A DNA stretch of 53,640 nt. Source: a virus (Duplodnaviria; Caudoviricetes). Made by a program: the position numbers and the translations under genes. Within the stretch, counting starts at the first letter, position 1. Each line of letters opens with the position of its first letter. Positions 9,831 through 19,632 of the stretch are shown one piece after another. The DNA is taken from positions 1 through 53,640 of IMG/VR virus record IMGVR_UViG_3300037962_000587; one strand, written 5' to 3'. The notes under the pieces are model-generated. The model saw only the letters and a program-made list of their open reading frames with translations. It did not search any database and had not been told where the DNA came from.

Positions 9831-10587
9831 AACTTTTCTCCTTATAAAGGTCGAGCTTTTCAGCTTCTTCTTCCATTTCTTTCTCGAATTCTTTGTACTC
9901 TCCAATATGATTACCGTAGTTCATGAGGAAGGCGTATGATGAGATAAAGCCTATCTCATTAAGCCTGAAGAATACCACTTTGTCCATGTCTTCATTTAGA
10001 ACCTTATCAATGTACGGCAACATGCCTTCGTGTAAAGTGCTTTTAATCGAAAGAAAACTATAATAGCTAAAATTCTTTTCACATTTCTTAAAGACATCAT
10101 ACTCTCTCATGCTGCTTGCTATATTAAATACCACTTGAGCCTTGATTCCCAAATTCTTAATATCGCAAAGAAGTTTAGTGCCCAGCTTTCTCTGCTCCTT
10201 GGTAGCCTCAAACGGCTGAGACAAAACTATGGAAAGTTTATCGTTAGGGTAGTCTATGTTCTTCATTGTGTTGAAGAAATTATTAAAGTCCCCCTCTGTT
10301 GCATCATCAAGCTCCACAGAAATAAAAATCGAGGGTTTGATTGAGTCCCTAGCCTTTGCCACTTCAGAGTCTTCGGTGCTATGTTCTGTAGGCCTAGCGA
10401 GATTACACAGCCTCTTTACGACAAAGAACTCCTTCTCCTCGTCGTATGCCTCGAAGAGTTCCCCCCTCTCAAGGAACTTTTCAGTCCTACCAAACTTACA
10501 TCCTGTCTGTGTATTGCCTTCGTAGATTGCGAAAGCACACCCTTTACAGCTAGTTTGAAGGCGCTTCTCTTTTTGCTTCGACTTCAT
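9823..10587 (-). CDS. Hypothetical protein: N-terminal Cys motif (CKGC...GC...C) plus degenerate GT-A-like region
   Basis: ORF coupled to both neighbours; IDYPNDKLSIVL resembles the GT2 'LDYPxxxxEV' segment. Confidence 0.4.
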   Translation of the reverse strand: MKSKQKEKRLQTSCKGCAFAIYEGNTQTGCKFGRTEKFLERGELFEAYDEEKEFFVVKRLCNLARPTEHSTEDSEVAKARDSIKPSIFISVELDDATEGDFNNFFNTMKNIDYPNDKLSIVLSQPFEATKEQRKLGTKLLCDIKNLGIKAQVVFNIASSMREYDVFKKCEKNFSYYSFLSIKSTLHEGMLPYIDKVLNEDMDKVVFFRLNEIGFISSYAFLMNYGNHIGEYKEFEKEMEEEAEKLDLYKEKSFG

Positions 10588-10981
10588 AGTGAATACCTGC
10601 TATCCTTGTTGTTATTACTTTAAGGCCCATATCTTTAACTATGGACGATACTGTGTTTGTGTCTAACATAGACTTCTTTGTAAACAATACTTGGTTTGCT
10701 TCTTCTACGTTGACTTGATCTGCAACAATAGACCTTGCAAACAGCCTCATATCTGTCCCGCCTACTATTGCGGTGCCGCCAAGCCTAAGTTTCTGCCTAG
10801 CAGTCATAATAAATATCTTGGCTTGGTCATATCCCATAGAATCTAAAGCGTCTGTGGCTAATATAAAGGAGCATTCATTATCAGAGTACCCAGAAAGATT
10901 TGCGTCTCCATTCTCGGAGACTTCCACTCTCTCGTATCCCTCTATATGACCCTCGCTTCCGCTTACTACATGTATTTTCAC
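10550..10981 (-). CDS. Small methyltransferase-fold-like protein
   Basis: DNECSFILATDALD...QKLRLGGT resembles class I MTase motifs II/III; no clear motif I. Confidence 0.4.
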   Translation of the reverse strand: MKIHVVSGSEGHIEGYERVEVSENGDANLSGYSDNECSFILATDALDSMGYDQAKIFIMTARQKLRLGGTAIVGGTDMRLFARSIVADQVNVEEANQVLFTKKSMLDTNTVSSIVKDMGLKVITTRIAGIHYEVEAKREAPSN

Positions 10982-11961
10982 TTCATCACCTCGTCAAATT
11001 TATTGTTCCAGTTATCTATAAAAACCTTTTCCGAGAATCTTTCAACGACTGTCTTTCGTGCCTCATTCCCAACCTTGTTAGCAAGCTCTGGGTTTTTTAG
11101 AAGCTCATCTATGAAGCCTCTTAACTCAGACTCGTCATTAGAAATGAATCCGTTTTTGCCATTCTCTATAACCTCCGGTATCATACAAGTCGCCGTAGAT
11201 ACAACGGCACACCCGCAAGACATGGCCTCTAAGAGAGAGGTTGGTATTGGACTTAGGGTAGAGGTGTTAAGAAAAACACTTGCTGTATTGTACTCAGTAG
11301 CCAGTTCCTTTGTAGAGGATGCTGGCTTTGAAAGACCTTCAGTATCCCCGACAACCCTAACATCTAATCCCTCCGTTATTCTCTTCCAGCCACTGTAGTT
11401 TAAGCAGTAGTCTCTGTTTATGAAATCGTTTGCAACGCTCAGTACGTTGCCACTTTTCTCTACTTCGTGAGGTTTGAATGTCTCTGTGTCAACGCTGTGG
11501 TGTATAACATCAATATTATCGGCACTCATACCCCAAGCATCTCTTGAAAACTCCGATATGAATACATTATAGTCTCCAACCATTGAGGCCATTTGTTGAG
11601 CCTGTCCTTCTGGCCATTGAGGGATTGGCAGGGTGTGTTCTAGGGACACCACCGGAAGATCAAGCATTTCGTTTAATCTTTGAGCTAGATGGAATTGACC
11701 AAACTTGCTCTGCGAGAGTATAAAGTCGTATTCAATTGCTTGATAGATAGCATTTTCTGGAAGAACATAATAGTTACTAGGCCTAGGAGCGAAGTCTTCG
11801 TTCCACTTCTTCTGACCTTCCGCGCTGAATGCATAGAAATCGTGCCCAGTTTTCGCTAGCTGGGTTTCATATCGTTCATGCGTAGGAAAGGTTAGTATAT
11901 TATACTTCTTTCTCTTGCCGGAAACAGCTTCTTTTATAATGTTGATTGTGCTATTCGGCAT
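10978..11961 (-). CDS. Glycosyltransferase family 4 (GT-B)
   Basis: IHHSVDTETFKP, LLEAMSCGCAVVST and EVIENGKNGF motifs. Confidence 0.88.
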   Translation of the reverse strand: MPNSTINIIKEAVSGKRKKYNILTFPTHERYETQLAKTGHDFYAFSAEGQKKWNEDFAPRPSNYYVLPENAIYQAIEYDFILSQSKFGQFHLAQRLNEMLDLPVVSLEHTLPIPQWPEGQAQQMASMVGDYNVFISEFSRDAWGMSADNIDVIHHSVDTETFKPHEVEKSGNVLSVANDFINRDYCLNYSGWKRITEGLDVRVVGDTEGLSKPASSTKELATEYNTASVFLNTSTLSPIPTSLLEAMSCGCAVVSTATCMIPEVIENGKNGFISNDESELRGFIDELLKNPELANKVGNEARKTVVERFSEKVFIDNWNNKFDEVMK

Positions 11962-12970
11962 CTTTTACCTCATTAAAAAGTTGGTTAAGGTTCGATTCAA
12001 ATGTTTGGTATGGTACATCCTTGTAAGACGATGGTCCTTCAATTATTCTGTGGCCAATCAGATCTGCGACAGACGATATCGGAAACGCCGTAGCTTTTTG
12101 CATTGCACTAAACTTATCACAACTCTCGACTATTTTTTCACTAACTGTACCGTCTACGTCTACACGGACAACAACAATATCTTCAGCCGGAGGGCATGCT
12201 TTAATTATAGCTTGCTTCAAGTCTTCTCCATCAAGACCGCATTCATACATAAGAAATCTCATGGCGTCTCTATGACCTTGATACCTCAGAGTTTTATAGT
12301 AGCAGTTCTTAACCCCCCTATCCTGCATAGATGAAACACTATGAGCAGCACCTCCACTGGTATAGAAAGCTTCCAACACACCTAGGGAAGTCTCAACAAG
12401 TTCCAGACCCTCCATTCCCTGTACAATTGTCTGGAATCCATTTACAAGAACCTCGCAGGAGTCTTTATATTCGTTAATTAGCCCGTCGTATGACCAAGTG
12501 CAGTTATACTTCAGATAGTTATTGGGGTTTTTGGGAAGCCCTCCAACCATCATCTTAATTGATTCTGGGCATGATTGCTTAGCGCCATCTTCAGCAATGA
12601 TATTAACCCAGCCCGGAGCCAAACCTAGGTCTGTTATTACGGTTGCCCCCTTTTTCCGAGCAAGTTCGTTGATCTTACGGCTTGCAGGTACGCTACCACC
12701 AAGATCGCAGTAGGGAACGTTTGACTCAATACACTTTTCAGCTATGCTGAAATTCTGATGGTAGGGCATTGCGGAAATCACAATGTCGGCATTGTCGTTG
12801 AAGTAGTCCTCGGAGTATGCGTGTATCAAGGAAACCTTAGAGAAGTCATACTCAGTGTCAAATAAGTTTTTAGGGTTATTATCAACCAAAAATATTTCAT
12901 ACCCAAATTTATCCATAGACCAAGCTATGGCTTGCCCCATACGTCCAGCTCCCATCACTACAGCCTTCAT
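11951..12970 (-). CDS. Saccharopine dehydrogenase family enzyme, lysine 6-dehydrogenase-like
   Basis: GAGRMG, DLGG, LGLAPG, VGGLP...WSxxGLINEY, EAFYTSGG and YKTLRYQGH motifs. Confidence 0.85.
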   Translation of the reverse strand: MKAVVMGAGRMGQAIAWSMDKFGYEIFLVDNNPKNLFDTEYDFSKVSLIHAYSEDYFNDNADIVISAMPYHQNFSIAEKCIESNVPYCDLGGSVPASRKINELARKKGATVITDLGLAPGWVNIIAEDGAKQSCPESIKMMVGGLPKNPNNYLKYNCTWSYDGLINEYKDSCEVLVNGFQTIVQGMEGLELVETSLGVLEAFYTSGGAAHSVSSMQDRGVKNCYYKTLRYQGHRDAMRFLMYECGLDGEDLKQAIIKACPPAEDIVVVRVDVDGTVSEKIVESCDKFSAMQKATAFPISSVADLIGHRIIEGPSSYKDVPYQTFESNLNQLFNEVKDAE

Positions 12971-13131
12971 GAGCTTCCTCCTTTAAGATAATCGCCTACC
13001 CATATGTATGCTAAATTTGCTACAGCGTAACACAGGAACACTACAGCTAAGGCGTAGTTCTTTTTATACCATAAATCTATTGATACCACTAGGTATAATA
13101 AAAAGGCTAATACTAAAGCCCAGACACCCAT
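12967..13131 (-). CDS. 54-aa two-TM membrane protein (not in ORF track)
   Basis: Read by hand: MGVWALVLAFLLYLVVSIDLWYKKNYALAVVFLCYAVANLAYIWVGDYLKGGSS; TAATG overlap upstream and ATGA overlap downstream. Confidence 0.75.
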   Translation of the reverse strand: MGVWALVLAFLLYLVVSIDLWYKKNYALAVVFLCYAVANLAYIWVGDYLKGGSS

Positions 13132-14699
13132 TACTCCATCCCCTGCGGAAAGCTAAGTTTTTCGTCGTGGTTAACAGTCCAAGCTACCTCGTGTGTAACT
13201 GCCCTTACGGTTCTCGCCGCTGATGGGAAACCATTTCCTGATTTCTTGACTCCACCAAATCCAAGATGCGACTCAGCAGCAATACTACCACCGTTCCAAT
13301 AACACATACCATAGTCACAGTTATCACGGCAGATCCTCGCTTTCTTAAAGTCTTCTGTAATTACTCCAACAGCCAATCCATAATCAGTGTCATTATAAAT
13401 GCGGACAGCATCACTAACGGTATCAAAAGGAATAATAGCAACATGGGGTCCGAATACCTCCTGTTTTAGGTAGGGAGCGTCTCTCCATTCCGTCTTATAT
13501 ACCATTGGTGATACATAGTTTCCCGGACCTTTATAGGTAGGAGCAACGAGAACCTCTGCCATATCATCCTCAATTACAAGTTGGTTAAACCTCTTAACTC
13601 TCTCAAGCTGCTGCTTATTAATTAGAGGCCCCATGTAAGCTAAGCTGTTTGCTACAGGACTTACAAATGAAGATTTACCCTCACCAAAGGCAAAGAAGTT
13701 AGAGCTATCTTTTGCTTCAGTAGCTTGCTCATCAAACGGTTGACCCGCAACTACCTGACTTGCATACTTAGTAAAGCTTTCACAAAATTTATCATAAATT
13801 CCTCTCTGTACTATAAGTCTCCCAGCAGACACGCATCGTTGCCCTGAAAGCTTAAATGCACTTGCTATACTGGCTGATACTGCTAGATCGAAATTAGCAT
13901 CATCGAAAACTATTACAGCCGATTTGCTACCAAGCTCGCAAGAGCATGTCTTATTCCAGCTATCAGCACAGACCCTGCGTATATGCTGTCCAACTTCGGC
14001 ACTGCCAGTAAAACAAATATGGTCTACCTCTGGATGCTTCGCTAACTCATCACCTACTTCACCGTCACCATGAATGAGGTTTAGAACTCCCGGTGGTATG
14101 CCAGCCTCTACGTAAGCCTTAACAGCCAGTTCTGTACTAAGTGGGGCATCTTCACTTGGTTTGATTACAACCGTATTTCCCTCTACTAGAGCTGGGGCAG
14201 CACACCAGAATGCACCAATAGCCAAAGGAAAATTCCAAGGGCTTATAATAGCCACAACACCCTTCGGCTTCCTTAGCATGTAAGCATCCTTCTCTGGTAT
14301 CTCAGAGGACAACGCTTCTCCATGAGGCATCCTGCCAGTACCAAACGCATACTGAGCCATGTGTAGGGCTTCGTTAACCTCTGCGATTGACTCGTTATAA
14401 CTCTTACCTGTTTCTAGAGAGATAGCTGTAGCAAACTGATCTAAATCTCTTTCTAAGATCTTAGCAACTCTGAACAGGTACTCCGCTCTGTTGACCCTGC
14501 TAAGGTCTCTCCAGTCATCAGAAGCACTTCTAGCTGCCTCACATGCTTCGTTAATTTGCTGTGATGGTGTCTGCGGGAAGGTTCCTATTTCAGAACCATC
14601 GCAGGGGTTAGTGTTCTTCACATCGCCACCCGAGTTCCACCAAGTTCCGTCGATTAAATTTTTCCCAACGTAGTCTGTAAAATACATATTAACCTCCAA
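13131..14699 (-). CDS. NAD-dependent aldehyde dehydrogenase (possible alpha-aminoadipic semialdehyde dehydrogenase)
   Basis: ISPWNFP, IKPSE, FTGSAEVG, catalytic ELG, SGQRC (nucleophile), QEVFGP and FGGVKKSG motifs. Confidence 0.92.
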   Translation of the reverse strand: MEVNMYFTDYVGKNLIDGTWWNSGGDVKNTNPCDGSEIGTFPQTPSQQINEACEAARSASDDWRDLSRVNRAEYLFRVAKILERDLDQFATAISLETGKSYNESIAEVNEALHMAQYAFGTGRMPHGEALSSEIPEKDAYMLRKPKGVVAIISPWNFPLAIGAFWCAAPALVEGNTVVIKPSEDAPLSTELAVKAYVEAGIPPGVLNLIHGDGEVGDELAKHPEVDHICFTGSAEVGQHIRRVCADSWNKTCSCELGSKSAVIVFDDANFDLAVSASIASAFKLSGQRCVSAGRLIVQRGIYDKFCESFTKYASQVVAGQPFDEQATEAKDSSNFFAFGEGKSSFVSPVANSLAYMGPLINKQQLERVKRFNQLVIEDDMAEVLVAPTYKGPGNYVSPMVYKTEWRDAPYLKQEVFGPHVAIIPFDTVSDAVRIYNDTDYGLAVGVITEDFKKARICRDNCDYGMCYWNGGSIAAESHLGFGGVKKSGNGFPSAARTVRAVTHEVAWTVNHDEKLSFPQGME

Positions 14700-15822
14700 G
14701 ATGACCTTTCATTAAGTTTCCTACGGATTCATAAGAAAACCTTTCCGCACTTTCAATACCTACCTGCCTATCTATCTTGTCTCTTTGTTCGTAATAGTAA
14801 CGCATAGCGCTTTTAACCCCTCCCTCGCTAGGATCAAACCATTGCTCCCTACCAGTAAACAGTGTGGGGAATGGCGAATCAGAGCAGTCGCAAATATCGA
14901 AGGAGCCTTTAACAAGCGTCCCTCTGTTCAGGTTAAGGTCTGTGCCTATGAAATCTCTGGGGCCTCCAAAGTCACTGCATATCGGGGTTTTGCCATAGCA
15001 CATCGCATCAAAAGACGGTATAGACCAAGCTTCGCCATGAGAAGGGCAGACAAAGCAATCGCAATACTGGTGCAACGCCCTAATCCCTTCCTCTGGAATT
15101 TGCTCTGATATAATAGATTCTGTATGGTAAGACTCAATCGACTGATACATCCTTAACTCTTGCTTGACTTGGTTGCACATATTGACAGCCAGATCACGCA
15201 CCTGTTGTGGGGAGTGGCCGAACTTCCAAAGCTTGAGCACTAGTCCTACCGGTTCGGATCTATCAAATTCGCTGTGAAAGCACCTAACGAGTGAGCGTAG
15301 GTTCTTCCTGTCGTTCATGTCTCCTATATAATAGAATTTGAACTTGTCATCCAAACCCTCTATGGAGACTGGTTTAGCGGGGGTCTTGTATTTTCTTAGA
15401 TCACAGGTGTGAGGAACAGTCTTAATACGTTTACTGTCTTTAAATAGTCCGTCCCTTATGAGTGCATTTTGAAGGTCGCTGTTCGGAACCCATACTTCGT
15501 CCATTTGCTGTAAGTAGTTGAACCAAGCGTTATCTTTGATGCTTAGACTTTCGCTTTCAAGGAGGGCTATATTTTTCTTGAAGCCAGAAGTTCCAACTAA
15601 GTGATGAGGGAGAACGTGCTGAATACAGACATCACAGTCCTCAAGGCTCTTTCCTTCAAACTGTTCTATTTTCTTGGGGATATCCCCTCTGGGGGATTGG
15701 GTCAAAGGTATATTTCTTGCGACCACATCAATACCAACTGTGTCCATAGCAAGCATGTGTCCGATGGCTGCATCAGACCAACCGCCAAACTCCCTGTAGT
15801 GGCCTATGTATAAAGCTTTCAT
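14689..15822 (-). CDS. Glycosyltransferase family 4 (GT-B)
   Basis: DRKNL and DCFVCPSHGEAWSIPSFDAMCYGKTPI motifs. Confidence 0.85.
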   Translation of the reverse strand: MKALYIGHYREFGGWSDAAIGHMLAMDTVGIDVVARNIPLTQSPRGDIPKKIEQFEGKSLEDCDVCIQHVLPHHLVGTSGFKKNIALLESESLSIKDNAWFNYLQQMDEVWVPNSDLQNALIRDGLFKDSKRIKTVPHTCDLRKYKTPAKPVSIEGLDDKFKFYYIGDMNDRKNLRSLVRCFHSEFDRSEPVGLVLKLWKFGHSPQQVRDLAVNMCNQVKQELRMYQSIESYHTESIISEQIPEEGIRALHQYCDCFVCPSHGEAWSIPSFDAMCYGKTPICSDFGGPRDFIGTDLNLNRGTLVKGSFDICDCSDSPFPTLFTGREQWFDPSEGGVKSAMRYYYEQRDKIDRQVGIESAERFSYESVGNLMKGHLGG

Positions 15823-15844
15823 TAACCAACTCCTCGATTGTTCA

Positions 15845-15982
15845 TCAACATCTTATTTTATTCCTAATGGTAATTACAAAATTCCACATAACAGGGTAGA
15901 CTAAAAATACTTCATTGTAGGCAAATATTATATATGAAAATACTATTGCAGATATAATTTTACCGGGAATTGTTGAGATCAT
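15845..15982 (-). CDS. Putative 45-aa membrane peptide
   Basis: MISTIPGKIISAIVFSYIIFAYNEVFLVYPVMWNFVITIRNKIRC fills the gap between two GT genes and is hydrophobic. Confidence 0.45.
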   Translation of the reverse strand: MISTIPGKIISAIVFSYIIFAYNEVFLVYPVMWNFVITIRNKIRC

Positions 15983-17630
15983 GCCTTCTTTGTTCCCACA
16001 TATTCCTCCTGTTGCAGAGGTTTGACATGTGGTTGTGGGCAATCTCAAGGTTGTATGGGTTTCTAACATTCTTACCCTCAAAAGCTGCCGAACTTTCGTT
16101 AAAGTACATACCTCCAGTTGTTTGCGTAGTACTGTGATACGTAAGGTCTCTAATCAGCCTAGATTCAAAGTATGTATTTAACCGCTCAGGCTCACAGAGA
16201 ACATCTGTTATTAACCATCTGCTCAACTGTGCTGGGGTGGCATTGTCTGGAACAGGATCTGGCATGGGCGCTGGGTTTTTAATCCTTGGAGGAGATTTCC
16301 AAGTCATCTCTTCGGGGATAATCTCAACGCTATCAAAATAGTTTTCCCACTTCTTTCCGCTGATATCCCACTGGTAGTACTTCTCAAAAGCCTGCCTACA
16401 GTTGAAGCCCATTTTCCTGCGAACACTCTTGGGTTGCTCAAAGAACTCTGAAAACTTTTGTGCCGCCAAGTCGTTGTCTGGAACTGCTCTCAAGCATCCC
16501 GTTTCCAGTTCCTTATATAAAGCCTTTGGTTTGATCGGAACCCCTCCCAGTTTCCTGAGAACGCTTTCCATGGCTGAGTAGTCTGTACCCATGACAGGCA
16601 CACCGCAAGCTGCTGCTTCAACCTGTGGAAGCCCAAACCCTTCGCAGTTTGCGTATTGTACATACACATCAAAAAGATTCATTATGGCAGCTAAGTCTTC
16701 GTATTCAACACCATTCTTTACGCTAGTGAGTGTAGAGCCAAACTGACCCGTAAAGGGTGACTGAGCTACTGCCCCTTTGAACAGGGACGGGAATGGTTTT
16801 CCTGTCTGTCTACATACATATGTAAACAATACGTGTGAGGAAAGCTCATACTCTTGTAGTAACTCTGGAATATCCCAACCCAAATCTGGGTAGCTTGTGT
16901 GGCAATACAGTTTATAGTTCTTGTCTTCCGAATTGTCTAAGAATTTCTTGAACGCCTCGAATAGGTCTGGGTAAAGCTTACGCCTCTGGTTGCGCATCAC
17001 AGTTCCAATAATTTTGGTATCTGGGTCGATGCCAACAGTGGCCTTGTGCGCGTCTTTATCTTCTACCGGAGCGTATGCTGGATGGGCAGAGGGTGGGGAA
17101 GATCCAAGGTAGTTAATTCTACCACCAGACTGATCCTCTAATACGCCACCGGCCCAATCAGAGTAAGTGAAGCAGGCGTCTGCTGAGCTGTATGTGGCTA
17201 TCCACTGACGAGCTTGGGGTCTAGCGTCAACCGTTGGCATAATAGCCCACCTAAAGAAACCTCTATAGGGGGATCTCTCAACAAAGTCGAGCATCCAAAA
17301 GTCTCGAATGTCGCAAACAACATCTGGCTTGAAATCTAAACACACATGCTCAAAGATGTGTTCGCCAAACTGCATCGTGGGGCTTGAGTTATACTGGTCG
17401 TGCTCCTCTTGCGTACCCTTTGGTTCGTTTTCCGTGTTTGGTTGCACACCGTAATACTTCCAAGGTAGAGAGAGTCCTCTGGGGTCGCTCCGTTCACCGT
17501 AACTAGCCAGCTCTGCTAGTTCATATTTACCTGTAGAATGCAGGTATTTAAGAGTTTCTCTGGCATATGTAGCGTATCCCGTATTCAGGAACGTAGCTTC
17601 GCTACAGAAGAGTATCCGTTTTTTTCGCAT
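15960..17630 (-). CDS. Large glycosyltransferase family 4 (GT-B) with C-terminal extension
   Basis: NTGYA, MRNQRRK and DVYVQYANCEGFGLPQVEAAACGVPV motifs. Confidence 0.88.
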   Translation of the reverse strand: MRKKRILFCSEATFLNTGYATYARETLKYLHSTGKYELAELASYGERSDPRGLSLPWKYYGVQPNTENEPKGTQEEHDQYNSSPTMQFGEHIFEHVCLDFKPDVVCDIRDFWMLDFVERSPYRGFFRWAIMPTVDARPQARQWIATYSSADACFTYSDWAGGVLEDQSGGRINYLGSSPPSAHPAYAPVEDKDAHKATVGIDPDTKIIGTVMRNQRRKLYPDLFEAFKKFLDNSEDKNYKLYCHTSYPDLGWDIPELLQEYELSSHVLFTYVCRQTGKPFPSLFKGAVAQSPFTGQFGSTLTSVKNGVEYEDLAAIMNLFDVYVQYANCEGFGLPQVEAAACGVPVMGTDYSAMESVLRKLGGVPIKPKALYKELETGCLRAVPDNDLAAQKFSEFFEQPKSVRRKMGFNCRQAFEKYYQWDISGKKWENYFDSVEIIPEEMTWKSPPRIKNPAPMPDPVPDNATPAQLSRWLITDVLCEPERLNTYFESRLIRDLTYHSTTQTTGGMYFNESSAAFEGKNVRNPYNLEIAHNHMSNLCNRRNMWEQRRHDLNNSR

Positions 17631-17633
17631 TAT

Positions 17634-17951
17634 TTATTCCTGATCAAAGGGTTCGGTAGTGTCAAATTCGTTAACTCTGAATATTACATCCCTACTACCC
17701 TTTGCGGAATTCTTCGCTGTCGCATGAACATGTATCTTTGAACCTTTGCTGAATAGACTACCTATGGTTTCAGCTCCGGTGTGCCAAGCTTCACATCTTA
17801 TGTATGTTGGTATCCTGCTTTTTTCGCCGGTGCTTTTGGTGGTTCTGTATGTATATGTAACGAGAGTAAATTCTGCACGACTGACACCACTGTCAGCCTT
17901 GGATAGCTTGGGATCTTCGACGAGATACCCTGTAAAAGAACATAGATTCAT
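17634..17951 (-). CDS. ssb: Single-stranded DNA-binding protein
   Basis: MNxxxFTGYLVEDP, IRCEAW, AETI and KGSKIHV OB-fold pattern. Confidence 0.85.
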   Translation of the reverse strand: MNLCSFTGYLVEDPKLSKADSGVSRAEFTLVTYTYRTTKSTGEKSRIPTYIRCEAWHTGAETIGSLFSKGSKIHVHATAKNSAKGSRDVIFRVNEFDTTEPFDQE

Positions 17952-18039
17952 AAAATTTAAGCCTCTCTAATGTAGACGGTCAGAATTTGTGTGAAAAAGC
18001 TATCTTAATATTTTAGCCACGACAGGTGTATAAAACACA

Positions 18040-19632
18040 TTAAATTTCATATATTTTATCAACAATAAAAGAATTGTCGTTTCTTGCTACGGACCCGCAT
18101 AGCACTAGATTGTTGCCTTCATATAATATATACTTATGTTTATCTCTGGTGTCTGGAAATGCTATTACGCTGTCGAGTGAGCATGTGTCATCCTCTACCG
18201 TGAGAAACGCCATTTGCCTACCCTTTGAGTCACCTTTAGTTATACGGTAATCTGAAACCCTCTTGACGTGTACGCATATGCATAGGCCCGATCCAGTCTT
18301 GCCATTAACTATTTCCTTACACGTTGTGTTAGCTGCTGACGTGTCCGAACTCTCCACCTTAGACATACTTATGGGGCATCCAAGTAGTTTAGTTTCTTGG
18401 TCAATGACCCAGCCCGGATCGTCGTTTAGGTCGTAAGGAGGATTTTGCAGTAAGCTTAACTCATTGAGTATGAGTTGGCTTCTGTCTACACGATGTGTGC
18501 CGCCACCTTCCTTTTTTAAGGGTGCCAGATCTTTAAGGCAGTCTTCTAGAGTCTTCCATCTTTTCTTTGGGTAGTTCTCAACAACCCATTTGACTTCTGC
18601 CTTCGTCAGGGTTCTGTATATATTGTATTGATACAGAGCTTGGTTTCTGGTAATCTTATCGCTGAATCCTCTGAAGAATCCTACTGAGCAGAGGGCTTTG
18701 AATGCTGTAGAGTTTACAGTTGGCGAGAAATGTACAAGTATCTCCATCCAGCTCAAGTCTTTTAGCGGTTTTCCTAGATTGTCTTTCAGTGCCTGTACCG
18801 CCACAAGCACCTTGTCTCCAGTCTTTCCTGCGAGTGACTTGATATCTTTGATACCAAAGTAGATTTTACCATTTCTTATGTTGAATTTCTCAGCAAAGTT
18901 GGTGATGTTCGGAGCTTTGGTCTCTAGGTCAAATAGCTTGGCTTCGGATACAAGTTCGTATATCTCTTCATGCGGGTTCTGCTTCTCGTTGGCATAGTAC
19001 ATGTAGGATAGGAAGAACTCACTGGTGTTTGTGGCCTTGTAATATGCGCTCCAGTAAGAACACATTGCATAAGCAACAGCGTGTGACTTATTAAAAGAGT
19101 ATCTGGAGGACTTCTCAATCCAACTAAAGATTTCCTCAGCGACTTCGCTGGTAACTAACCCTTTACTTTCAGCGCCCTCTAGGAAAGACTTCTTTACTTG
19201 AGCCATGAGGCCAGCCTTCTTTTTACCGATAGCTTTTCGTAGAACATCTGCCTCTTGCAGATTGAAGCCAGCAATTTTCTGGGCTATACGCATGGATTGT
19301 TCTTGGTATACAAGCACTCCATAGGTTGGCTTAAGTATTTCCTCAAGAGACTCATCTAAATAAGTTACCTCTTCTATACCCCTCTTGCGATCAATGTACC
19401 TCTGGGTCATAGACTTACCGTCCTGAATAGCCTTTAAGCATCCGGGTCGGATGAGGGCTATCAATGCTGCTAGCTCCTCTATGTTTGTGGGCTTAAGCTT
19501 CTTCGACCAAGATCTACCTAGATTGCTCTCAAGCTGGAAAATTCCTTTTGTCTTTCCCTCACTAAAGAGACTCCAAGTTTCTGGAGAGTTATAGTCTATC
19601 CCAGCTCTTTCTTTAGATATAAGAGTTTCCAT
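18040..19632 (-). CDS. dnaE: DNA polymerase III alpha subunit, C-terminal half (fingers, HhH, OB)
   Basis: GIFQLES, ALIRPG, TYGVLVYQEQ, ADVLRKAIGKKK, YSFNKSHAVAY and MAFLTVED motifs; ATG at 19632 (or TTG 19638). Confidence 0.92.
   Translation of the reverse strand: METLISKERAGIDYNSPETWSLFSEGKTKGIFQLESNLGRSWSKKLKPTNIEELAALIALIRPGCLKAIQDGKSMTQRYIDRKRGIEEVTYLDESLEEILKPTYGVLVYQEQSMRIAQKIAGFNLQEADVLRKAIGKKKAGLMAQVKKSFLEGAESKGLVTSEVAEEIFSWIEKSSRYSFNKSHAVAYAMCSYWSAYYKATNTSEFFLSYMYYANEKQNPHEEIYELVSEAKLFDLETKAPNITNFAEKFNIRNGKIYFGIKDIKSLAGKTGDKVLVAVQALKDNLGKPLKDLSWMEILVHFSPTVNSTAFKALCSVGFFRGFSDKITRNQALYQYNIYRTLTKAEVKWVVENYPKKRWKTLEDCLKDLAPLKKEGGGTHRVDRSQLILNELSLLQNPPYDLNDDPGWVIDQETKLLGCPISMSKVESSDTSAANTTCKEIVNGKTGSGLCICVHVKRVSDYRITKGDSKGRQMAFLTVEDDTCSLDSVIAFPDTRDKHKYILYEGNNLVLCGSVARNDNSFIVDKIYEI

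Noticed and set aside
17952-18039. Possible origin or terminator between dnaE-C and ssb (GTGTATAAAACAC and GCTA..TAGC-T5)
   Set aside because: The stems are only 4 bp and there are no iterons; too weak to call.
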